Notes under the pieces: model-generated
Database searches by the model: none
The model's input: only the letters and a program-made list of their open reading frames with translations
Told to the model about the DNA's origin: nothing
Made by a program: the position numbers and the translations under genes
Shown: positions 12,521-22,399 of the stretch, piece after piece
How positions within the stretch are numbered: the first letter of the stretch is position 1
Layout: the number at the start of each line of letters is the position of its first letter
Assembly (NCBI RefSeq): GCF_020745735.1
Contig: NC_083409.1
Location: forward strand, 15,595,873-15,659,872
Reading direction: 5' to 3'
Source of the DNA: Hemiscyllium ocellatum
Lineage: Eukaryota
Length of the DNA: 64,000 nt

Positions 12521-12844
12521 AGATTTTTGTGAGGTGGTTTACTACTGTTAGAGAGAGTTTAAACTAACTTGGCAGGGCTGTGGGAGCCAGGGGCGAATAT
12601 CAGAGAGGAACACCAAGGATCACAGAATCCTCAGAGCAGTCAATAAGTCACCACCCAGTGGGAAGGATGTGGAGGAATACAAATGCAAGGAATTTACAGA
12701 GACCTGCAAATATGATAGAGCCGTTATAAATGGGGGAGGGGGGGTCTTTAATTTCTGAATATAGTGACCAGAGTGGTAAGAGTGTGTTTTGGTGAATTTT
12801 CAGGTGGCATTGGTGGCTTAGTGGTGGCTAAGGGGTTGGGGTCA

Positions 12845-13479
12845 GCAGGGTGGCTCAGTGGTTAGCACTGCAGCTTTATAGTACCAGGGCCCCAGGTTCG
12901 ATTCCAACCTTGGGTGACTGTCTGTGTGGAGTTTGCGCATTCTCCCTGTGTCTGCGTGTTTTTCCGCCGGGTGCTCTGGTTTCCTTCCACAATCCACAGA
13001 TGTGCAGGTCAGGTGAATTGGCCATGCTAAATTGCCCATAGTGTTTGATGCTGAAAATGTGTTGCTGGTTAAAGCACAGCAGGTCAGGCAGCATCCAAGG
13101 AACAGGAAATTCGAAGTTTCGGGCCAGAGCCCTTCATCAGGAATGAGGAGAGGGTGCCAGGCAGGCTAAGATAAAAGGTAGGGAGGAGGGACTAGGGGGA
13201 GGGGCGATGGAGATGTGATAGGTGGAAGGAGGTCAAGGTGAGGGTGATAGGCCGGAGTGGGGTGGGGGCAGAGAGGTCAGGAAGAAGATTGCAGGTTAGG
13301 AGGGCGGTGCTGAGTTCAAGGGAATCGACTGAGATTTCCCTCTCAGTAATGCATCAAACATAGTGTTTGATGCATTACTGAGAGGGAAATGGGTCTGGGT
13401 GGGTTACTCTTCGGAGGATCGGTGTGGACTTGTTGGGCCGAAGGGCCTGTTTCCACACTGTGGAGAATCTAATCTAATC
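12845..13479 (+). mobile_element. HE1-type shark tRNA-derived SINE interrupted by a Penelope fragment
   Basis: Head GTGGCTCAGTGGTTAGCACTGC...GGTTCGATTCC; core GTGCAGGTCAGGTGAATTGGCCATGCTAAATTGCCC. The 3' part resumes at ~13374 and ends in (AATCT)n. Confidence 0.85.
13052..13333 (-). mobile_element. Penelope-like pLTR fragment with hammerhead core (13113-13140)
   Basis: Minus strand reads ATTC CTGATGA AGGGC TCTG GCCC GAAAC TTC GAAT, followed by the PLE tail. A 15-bp TSD CATAGTGTTTGATGC lies at 13037-51 and 13359-73. Confidence 0.85.
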
Positions 13480-15900
13480 ATTGGCAGTGAAGAAGGCTGT
13501 CTAAGAATACAATGGAATCTTGACCAACTGGGCCAGTGGGCTGAGGAATGGCAGATGGAATTTAATTCAGATAAATGTGAGTGCTGTATTTTGGTAAGAC
13601 ACAAGAGATGGGTGAGATCCTGAACAAATATTTTAGGTCAGTATATATTGTGGGGAAGGTAAGGAATTTAGAAAAACAGTGATGTCTTGAAAAGAGAACA
13701 CATATAAATGAGGAGACACTAAAGATCTTAAAACACAGATAAACCCTAGGACCTGATCAGGTGTATCCCAGAACATTGTGGCAACTGGGGAAGAGACTTT
13801 TGGGACCCTTGCTGAGATATATGTATCATCGGCAACCATGGATAAGGTGCTGGAAAAACAGAGAGATTGGCTAAGATTATGCCCTTATTTCAGAAAGGCT
13901 GTAAGGAAAAGCAAGGGAACGATAGACCAGTGAGCCTGATGTCAGTGCTGGGTAAGATGTTGGAGTGGATTCTGTGGGACAGGATTTACATCGTTTGGAT
14001 AATCAGTGTGGCTTTGTGCATAGGAAATCACGTCTCCTGAATTTGATTCAGGAGTTGACAAAAAGGATTGATGAAGACAGAACAGTAGACATTGTCAATA
14101 TGGGCTTCAGAGTAAAGTGTTTGACAAGGTTCCACTTGATAGACTGGTTAGTAAGGCTAGACCACATGGGATCCAGGGGGAGCGAGCCATTGGAGTCAAA
14201 AAATTGGCTTGAAGATTGGAGACAGAGAGTGGTGGTAAAAGGTTGCTTTTCAGAGTGGAGATCTGTGAACAGCTGTGTGCCGCAAAGATTGGTGCTGAGT
14301 CCACAAATGCTTTTCATCATTTAAAGAAATGATTTGGATGTGAATATAGGAGTTATGGTAAGTTTGTAAATGACACCAAAATTGGTGGGACAGTGGATAG
14401 TGAAGAAGATTATCTCAGGGTACAGCGGGACCTTGCTCAGATGGGGCAATGGGCAGAAGAGTGGCAAATGGAGTTCAGTTTAGATAAATGTGAGATGTTG
14501 CATTTTGGAAAGGCAAACCAGGGCAGGAGTTATACAGTTAATGGGAGGGCCCTGTGGAGTGTTGCTGAATAACAGACCTAGGGGTGAAGATGCAGGTACA
14601 TTATTCCTTGAAAGTGGGGTCACAGGTAGACAGGGTGATGAAGAAGGTGTTTGGTTTGCTTGCTTTTGTTCATCACTGCATTGAGTCCAGGAGTTGGAAC
14701 ATCAAGTTGCAGCAGTACAGGAGATTGGTGAGGCTACTTTGGGAATGATGTGAACAATCCTGTTATCCTGAGATAGTAAGGATGTTGTTAAACTTAAAAA
14801 GCTGCAGAAAAGATTTACAAGGATGTGGCCAGGATTTGGAGGGTTCGAGCGACAGGGAAAGGCTGAAGAAACTGGGGCTATATTCCCTGCAGCATCTAAG
14901 GCCTCGGGGTGACGTTATAGATGTTTATAAAACCATGATGGTCATGGACTGGGTGTATATCCAAGGTCTTTTCCGTGGGAAAGGGATTCCAAAACAAGAG
15001 GACATAATTTTACGGTGAGAGGCAAAAGATTCAAAAGGGACCTGAAGGGTAACTTGTCACACAGAGGGTGGTGCGTGTCTGGATTGAGCTGCCAGAGAAA
15101 ACGTTGGAGGCAGATACAGTTACAGCATTTAAAACACATTGGGATGGGTACATGAACAGGTTGGGTTTCGAGAGATGTAAGCCAAATGCTGGCAAATGAG
15201 GTGAGGTCAGTTTAGGATATTTGGTTAGCATGGACAAGTTGGACTGAAAGGTCTGTTTCCACACTGTATGACTCCATGACTATGAGCGGCTGGAAAAGCT
15301 GAGACTTCTTACCCTGAAGCGGAAGGTTCTGAGGAGTGACCTTGTAGAGGTTTGGAAAATCATGAGGGACATAGATAATGTGAAGAATTCTGGAAGGAGG
15401 TGAATGTTTTGTAGCGATGGCAAAAATTGTTCCCAAAGATCATTCCAGGGATGAGGAACATCAGTTATGAAGTTTGATTGGAGAATTTGGGACTGTCTTC
15501 TTTGGAGAAGGCTGAGAGGAGATTTGTTCAAGGAATTCAAAATCAGGAAGGGCCTGGACAGAGTAAATAGGGAGAAAATGTTCCCAATTAAGAAAGGATT
15601 CAGACCAAGAGACCACAGATTGAAAGTAATTGGGAAAAGTAACAAAAGTGAGATGGGGAGCAACATTTTCAGCCAGTGAGTGTTAAGGTGTGGAATGCAC
15701 TGCCTGAGTGTGTGGTGGAGGCAGCTTCAATTAAAACATTCCGAAGGGATGAGGCTGTTATTTGAAAAGGAACAATGTGCAGAGTGACAGGGAGAAGGCA
15801 GGAGAATGACACTCAGTCAATTGCTCATTCAGAGAGACGGTCCAGACAGGATGCGTGGAATGGCCACCTTGTGCACTGTAACAATTCTGTGATTGTGTGA
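13480..15900 (+). mobile_element. Cluster of decayed CR1 ORF2 fragments in the J-C intron
   Basis: RT motifs (QCGFVHRKSRLLNL, WRSVNSCVPQRLVL), 3' motifs (LRPRGDVIDVYK; RRLRGDLFKEFKI) and a CTATGA tail at ~15265-15285. Confidence 0.75.
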
Positions 15901-16334
15901 TTGAGCAGAGTTAAAGCTGGGGGAGGTGGGAGCTTGGTGTCTCACTGTGCTGCTGCTGCTGAGGTCAGTGAGATCAGAGACTGAGACAGGGAGCCAGAGC
16001 TCACATCAAAATCTGCCCGTGTCTGTCACACTGAGACTGGCAGGAGGTTACTCACTGATTTCACTCCATGCTGCAGGAATGGGACCACAGGCTGCAAATG
16101 GACAGAGCTCCTCCACACAGTGAGTAAAACTGACTGACTTCTGTCTTGCTGCTTAAGTGGGGCAATGGAACTAAAGAAGTACAGCTGGACACCCTGTTCG
16201 ACACAGTGCTCCTCAATCAACCATTTCATTCACTGCAGCTCCCCATTAACACCTTCAACAAGTCAGTAACTGTATTTTAGAAAGTGTATTTCAGTATTGA
16301 CAGGGTTAATAACGGACAATTGAGGTTTACTTGC

Positions 16335-16369
16335 TCAGTTTGAGTTTGGTTCCTTTACCGAACGTGTAC
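16335..16369 (-). CDS. IGKJ: Ig kappa-type J segment, intact
   Basis: G TAC ACG TTC GGT AAA GGA ACC AAA CTC AAA CTG A = YTFGKGTKLKL(S), with an FGXG motif. Followed by a GCAAGT donor that is in phase with the C exon. Confidence 0.96.
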
Positions 16370-16408
16370 CACAGTGAGAGCTCCCAGTGCAGAGGCTGTA
16401 CAAAAACC
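16370..16408 (-). promoter_or_regulatory. J-side 23-bp-spacer RSS (consensus)
   Basis: Plus strand: CACAGTG (16370-76), 23-nt spacer (16377-99), ACAAAAACC (16400-08). Confidence 0.97.
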
Positions 16409-16852
16409 TCAGCTCTCTGCTTTCCCCTGTCACTCTCAACCTCTCCCTGTCTCTCTCTGTCTCTGTCTATTCTTGGTCAATCTCATTCACTCCCTACCCC
16501 TCTCTGTCTCTCCCTCATTCATGTGCCTATCTTTCTCTGTCTTCCGGGGTTGTGTCCAGCTACTCTCGGGGGTTTGTGAAATTTAGTTTTCATTGTTAAA
16601 TTTTGCAGCTGTTCTTCACATGTGGCCATGGAGTGTAAGAGGGAAACTTGAGGCCTTCAGTGAGCGGTGGACACCACAGGGACTGGAGTGTGTAGTGGAC
16701 AGTGACAAACCCAGCATGGGGTAATTTGTTCAATTTACTTTATATATAACTATGGATGTGTCAGTGCAGGAGATGGGACTGTTTGTCCATTATTATACAT
16801 TTCATATAACTGTTGGATGTGTCAGTACAGAAGGTGGTGTTGTGCGTGTTGA

Positions 16853-16880
16853 GGATTTTGTATGGCACTGTATCACTGTA
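16853..16880 (-). promoter_or_regulatory. V-side 12-bp-spacer RSS with a non-consensus heptamer
   Basis: Minus strand: TACAGTG, ATACAGTGCCAT (12 nt), ACAAAATCC. The 12/23 orientation is kappa-type. Confidence 0.9.
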
Positions 16881-17411
16881 AAGGCTGCTGCTATACTGCT
16901 GACAGTAATAGTCAGCGACATCTTCATTCTGAACGTTGCTGATTGTCAGGGTGAAACTGGTCCCTGATCCACTGCCGGTGAATCGATCGGAGACTCCTGT
17001 GAATCGATTTGTTGCATCATAGATAAGGAGAGAGGGTTTCAGACCTTCTCACTGCTGGTACCAAGCAAGGTAGCTGCTAATGCTTTGACTGGTCATCCAG
17101 GTGGTGGTTGCAGTCTGGCCCAGTCCCATTAACAGCACCGGGGGAGACTCGGTCATGATGATGTCCCCACTGATAACTGAGGGGTCAGAGAGAATCACAG
17201 TGAAGTCAGAACTGTCACAGAAAGAGCCTGTCAAATGAGAGATTGTTGGAGACAAAGAGCATTCTTCTGGTTTCAGCATTTTCCCTTCAATCACAAGTCA
17301 GTGGAATTGGAGTGGAATGGAGAGCAGCTGAAGATTCAAGGTGGAAGGAGAGAGATTTGTACCTGCGACACAGAATGCCGGGGGCCAGATCAGCTGGATG
17401 TGTGAAATCAT
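16881..17411 (-). pseudogene. IGKV: Ig kappa-type V pseudogene (copy 1): leader exon 17363-17411, V exon 16881-17176
   Basis: Leader MISHIQLIWPPAFCVA|GT. V reads [94 protein letters not shown]. Cys23 is TGG (Trp) and there is a TGA at 17049-51. Confidence 0.95.
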
Positions 17412-17471
17412 GGTGTGTGCTCCTGTCCCTGTGCCTGGTTCCTGATAAACTCTCCCTTCACTGGGCTCTGC

Positions 17472-17521
17472 TTTATAAAGCTGCAGCCTGTGAGAGTCTG
17501 ACTGGGTGTTCCTATGTAAAT
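17472..17521 (-). promoter_or_regulatory. V promoter: TATA box and octamer-like motif
   Basis: TTTATAAA at 17472-79. ATTTACAT (minus, 17514-21) is one mismatch from the Ig light-chain octamer ATTTGCAT, ~100 nt upstream of the ATG. Confidence 0.65.
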
Positions 17522-18504
17522 GGCATCAGGCAGAGAGAGCCACGTCAGCCCCTCACACTTCCTCTTCTCTCTCTCCCTCTCTCGCTCTCTCTCTCTCTCT
17601 CTGAGAATCATTGATGTGAACAACATTGAATGAGGCCATTTGGCCCATTGTGTCCATGTGAGTAAACAAAGATCTAATGACACTAATCCCATCCTCCAGC
17701 TCTTGGCCCATCACCCTGGAGGCTACAGCAACACAAGGGAATATCTAAACACTGCTCCAATGTCACGAGAGTTTGTGACTCAACCAGCCTTTCAGGCAGT
17801 GAGTTCCAGACTCCCACCACCCTCTGGGTGAAAACAGTTCTCCTCAATTCTCCTATCACTCCAATTTGACTGGGCCTGGACTCACTCAAGTTTAGAAAGA
17901 TGAGAGGGAATCTGATTGAGATGTTTAAAATTCTAACAGGGCTGGACAGGAGGAGGTTTCCCCTGGCTGGGAAGTCTGGAATCAGGGGACCCAGTCTCAG
18001 GGGGATACAGGGTAGACCATTTTGGACTGAGATGAGGAAACATTTCTTCACTCAAAGGGTAGGACAACTGTGGAACCCAAGGAACTGAATAAATTCAAGA
18101 AAAAGAGAGAGATAATTGTTTTGCATTTTAACAGCATGAAGGGAATAGGGAGAAAGCAGGAATATGGTTTTGAGAGAGAGGATCAGCCATGATCATACTG
18201 AATGACAGAGCAGACTCAAAGGGCCAAAAGGCCTACTCCAGTTCCGAGTTTCTATGTGTCCATGTCTGTGTTACCTGGGACACAGGTTATTGAGTCCTTT
18301 ACTGATATATAAAGTGCCTTCTTACCCACAGTATCACTGCCCCAAATAATCTTATCCCCCTCTATCATGTCCCCTCTCAGCCTTCACTGCTCCAAGGAAA
18401 CAATCCCAACCTTTCCAAGATTTCCCCACAGCTGACCCTCCATCCCAGGCAGCATCTTGGTAAATCTCTGCACCCTCTCAAGTACAATCACATCCTTCTC
18501 AGAA

Positions 18505-18860
18505 TGTGGTGACCAGGACCTATCCACCTCTCTCTCTCTGTCTCACATCTGCCACTTCTTTCTCTCTATCCCTCTCTCTCCTACTATTAATCTCTTTCAT
18601 GTTCTCGCTCTCTCTCACTCTGTCTCATAGCCACTCTCCCCAATTCACTTATGCTTTCTCACTCCATCTCATAATCTTTATTTTTCCATCTCTCACTGTC
18701 TCCATAACTCCTTCCCTCTCTCGCTTCAATTTCGATCCTCTGTTATCTCTCCTCTCCATACCTCCCTCTGTCTCTCTCCCTCCCTCTCTGTATTCCCAAA
18801 TCTACAATCGTACTCCCTCCCTCTCTGTCATTCTGTTTTTAATCATACTCATGTCTCTCA

Positions 18861-18897
<37 letters not shown>

Positions 18898-18960
18898 ACA
18901 TACACACACACACGTACAGACACTCACCCTTTGTCTCTGACTCACTTCTCTCTCTTTCTC
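18505..18960. repeat. CT-rich low-complexity tract with (CT)n/(CA)n microsatellites
   Basis: Pyrimidine-rich tract with (CT)n at ~18865-18895 and (CA)n at ~18900-18912. The paralog is at ~43405-43820. Confidence 0.85.
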
Positions 18961-19467
18961 AGTGTCCCAGGTTGTGGCAGTTGAATTCAGGATGAATCTC
19001 CCTCTCTCTGCCCCACTCATGGATGCTAACCCTTGACCCCAGAAGCATGTTTTCTCCTGGAGTAAGGCCCCATTTTCCGCATTGACCTGGATTTGGCCTC
19101 TCTCAGAAAGATGCCTAGATTCTTGTCAAATGAAGGGCAGTTCTGTGCTGTTGGCCTGTTCTCACTGGGGACTGGTTTGGACACAAAGCTCATTCCATGA
19201 AGGCCCAGCAGAGAGAGGAGATCCTCAGGCCATCAGTGTGAGCTGGAGGGACAGGACAGGCTCTGACCCCCTGATCCAGCATGTCCATTCACAACATTTT
19301 CCAATCCCTTCCCCTCTCCTACCCCTCTCCTTCCCTTTCCATGATCAGTCTCTGAGTCAGGGTGTTTTACTGGGATACGGGTTGAACCATTACACAGTTA
19401 CAACAGAAAGGAAATGAACCCCACACTCACCTTGGAGTCCATGATGCACTGGACTCTCCTACAGAGT

Positions 19468-19731
19468 CCAGTAAACATGGGCCTCCTTCCTGCAGGAGCC
19501 TCCACTAGAGACCAGTAAACATTGGTCTCCTTCTGACTGGACTCTCCAAAGGAGACCAGTAAACATGTACCTCTTTCGGACTGGATCGTCTAGTAAAGAC
19601 CAGTAAACATGGACCTCCTTCCTGCTGGAACCTCCAACACAGACCAGTAAACATGGATCTCCTTCTGACTGGATCCTCCAAGACAGACCAGTAAATATGG
19701 GCCTCCAAATCACTGGAACTTCCAATGGAGA
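19468..19731. repeat. 44-bp minisatellite, 6 units
   Basis: CCAGTAAAYAT starts at 19468, 19512, 19556, 19600, 19644 and 19688 (exact 44-bp period). Three more units lie at 20997-21120. Confidence 0.92.
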
Positions 19732-19809
19732 TGAGTAGATGGTTGAGTTTTTGAAGAAGGAGCAAGAAGATAGGTAAAGATAGAGTAGTACACTCTGTCT
19801 ACAGGGAGT

Positions 19810-20965
19810 TAATACAAGGTTCCCGATGGTAGACTGCTTAGTAAGATTATTTCACATAGGATCCAGGGACAGCTCGCCAATTGGATATGAAATTGGCCTG
19901 ATGATAGGAGGCTGAGGCTGGTGAGAGAGGGTTGTTCTTCAGACTGGAGGCCAGTGACCAACTGTCTGTCACAAGAATCGATCATGGATCCACTGTTGTT
20001 CATCATTGATGTAAACAATTTGGATGAGAAAATAGCAGGAATGGTCAGTAAGTTTGTGGCTGACGTTATAATTGTTGGCATAGTGGACAGGGTAGAAGGT
20101 TATCCAAGAGTGCAATGTCATCTTGATCAACTGGGCCAGTGCGTCAACAAATCCAGATGGAAATTTTGATAAATGGAAGGAGTTGCATTTTGGGAAGACA
20201 AACCAGGGCAGAAATTACACAATTAATTGTAGAGCCATGGGAAGTGTTGTTGAACAGAGAGACGAGGGGTACAGGTACATAGTTCCTTGGAAGTGGTCTC
20301 ACAGGTAGACAGGGTGATGAAGAAGGTATTTGGCACGCTCACCTTCACTGGTCAAAGCAGGGAGTACAGGAGCTGGGACATCATGTTACAGCTGTACAAG
20401 GCATTGGTAAGGCCACATTTGGACACAGTACATTTCTGCTTACCCTGCTATAGGGAGGAAGTTATGACAGTGGTTTGAATAAATGAAAGATTAACAGGGA
20501 TGTTATCAAGATTGGAGGATTTGAATTACAAGATGAGGATGAATAGGCCAAGATGTTTTTCCAGGGAATGCAGGAGATTGAGGGGTGACCTTATAGAGGT
20601 TTATAGAATCATGAGGGTCATAGATAAGGTGAATAGTCAAAGTCTTTTCCCCAGGGTAGGAGAGTCCAGTACTAGAAGGAGTAGGTTTAAGTTGGGAGGG
20701 GAAAGAATTAGTAGGAAACTGAGGGGCAACATTTTCACACAGAGGTTAGTGTGTATGTGTAATGAGCTGACTAAAGAATTCGTAGAGGTGAGTACAATTA
20801 CTACATTTCAAGGTCATTCTTACAGGAACATGGATAGGAAGGATTTAGAGAGAATTGGGCCAAACACATGCAAATGGGACTAGTTCAGTTTTGGATACTT
20901 GGTCGGCATGGATGAGTTGAGCTGAACGGCCTGATCCCATGCTGTAAACCTCTATGACTCTTTGG
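19810..20965 (+). mobile_element. CR1 ORF2 3' fragment inserted in the minisatellite
   Basis: SDWRPVTNCLSQESIMDPLLFII, LYKALVRPHL and RRLRGDLIEVYRIM motifs, with a CTCTATGACTC tail. Confidence 0.85.
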
Positions 20966-22399
20966 TGATATATACTTGGGACACTTTCCCATAGAACCAG
21001 TAAACATGGACCTCTTTCCACTGGAACCTCCAATAGACACCAATAAACAGGGACCTCCTTCCCTTTGGATACTCTAGAAGAGACTAGTAAACATGGTCCT
21101 CCTTCCCTCAGGACTGTCCAGCACCTGAGCTACAAATCCGACATCCTCTCCATCACGTAGGTCTCTTATTTCAATCTCAACAACATTGTCTCTGCATTAC
21201 CTCGGCCCCTTGACCACAGAAACCCTAATTCCTGCTCGTCCTGCCCCCTAACTCTATGATTCCAATGTCCTCTCCCAGCTTCCTAAAGCCATATTCCATA
21301 AACTCCAACTTGTCTGATATGGAGTGGGCTCTTCCCTGTCTTATCCATCTGTCATTCCAGAATGACCCCTGTCCTCACTGCCAGCCAATTGACTCTATGG
21401 CCTCCCCCCTCCCACCGTCTGTGTCCTGCTGCAGACTCACATTCCCTCCCTCCCCCTTCCATCTTCTGTCTCTGGTCTCCTGCTCATTGCTGCTTGCTCC
21501 ATCCCACCATTGACAGCAGAGCCTTCAGACCCCTACAGCATGCTCTCAGACCTCCTGCCCTTGATCCCTCCCCCTCTCAATGGTTGTGCTATTGAATATA
21601 CTGTTCAATCCCATCACTTTGGTTCACTGTTCCCTTGCCATTGATTTGCTGAATTATTCCTCATCAGTAAATCTAGTCTGGCCTGTTCCTTGAGTTGGTT
21701 CAAGAGAGTTTCCCTTGAGAAAACGCTCTTCTGTAAACTGGGTTGTCTGTTTCTCCCAGTCTTTGTGTAAAGGTGAGTCTAAGTGTGTGTAAGCTCTCAT
21801 ACAGCACAGACAGAGGTCACTGGGCTGATTGTGACTGTTAGTCAAATGAGTACAATGAGTCCCATTTCCCCAGCCCTTCCTGTATAACTGCAATTATTTC
21901 CTTTTCAGCTATTTCTCCAAATGCCCTTTTGAAAGTTGCTGTTGAATCCACTTCCACTCACCTTGCAGACAGTCACCATGAACTCGCTGGATAAAAAATG
22001 TTCCTATCTTCTCTCTTGTACTTTAGACTCTTTCTGAAATGTGTGCCCTCTGGTTACTGACCCTCCTGCCTGAAGAAACAATTTGTCCTGTATTTACTGC
22101 ATCCAAACTCTCTAATTGTGAACCCCTCATTGAGTGAGACCTATTTCCAGCACAGGGGGAGAACATTCAGCCTGTCAGGGAAATGCTGTCATTTCATGGA
22201 GCAATCCAGTCAGTCCCACCCCCTCCCCTACTCGACCCTCAGAGCCTTGCAGGTTTATTTCCATCAAGAGCCCATCCAATCTGCCATTGCAATCACTGAG
22301 TCTCTTCACCTGTCTCACCTGAATGGGCACTAATTTCCAAGACTTTGCCAATTTCTGCTAAAATCAAAGTTCTTTCTGACATTCCATATCTCTTGCCCA

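Noticed and set aside
15926-16123. Antisense ORF resembling a signal peptide and ending at a GTGAGT donor-like site
   Set aside because: GTG start, only 65 aa, no recognisable domain or downstream exon; compatible with chance.
16116-16208. Extra CACAGTG heptamers at 16116 and 16202 (possible additional J or RSS)
   Set aside because: No nonamer at 12 or 23 spacing and no FGXG coding sequence adjacent.
15900-16325. Kappa-like intronic enhancer
   Set aside because: Only three scattered E-boxes (CAAATG, CAGCTG, CAATTG) and no clear kB site; not above chance.
16329-16330. Canonical GT donor after J
   Set aside because: It gives a phase-2 junction to a phase-1 C exon and an immediate stop (AAG CCG TGA).
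16409-16852. Germline-joined VJ, as known in some shark light chains
   Set aside because: Both RSSs and 444 bp of intervening DNA are present, so the cluster is unrearranged.
18506-19020. 144-aa Ser/Leu-rich ORF
   Set aside because: It is a translation of the CT microsatellite tract.
19468-19731. CRISPR-like repeat/spacer array
   Set aside because: The 'spacers' are homologous to one another, the context is vertebrate and there are no cas genes. It is a minisatellite.
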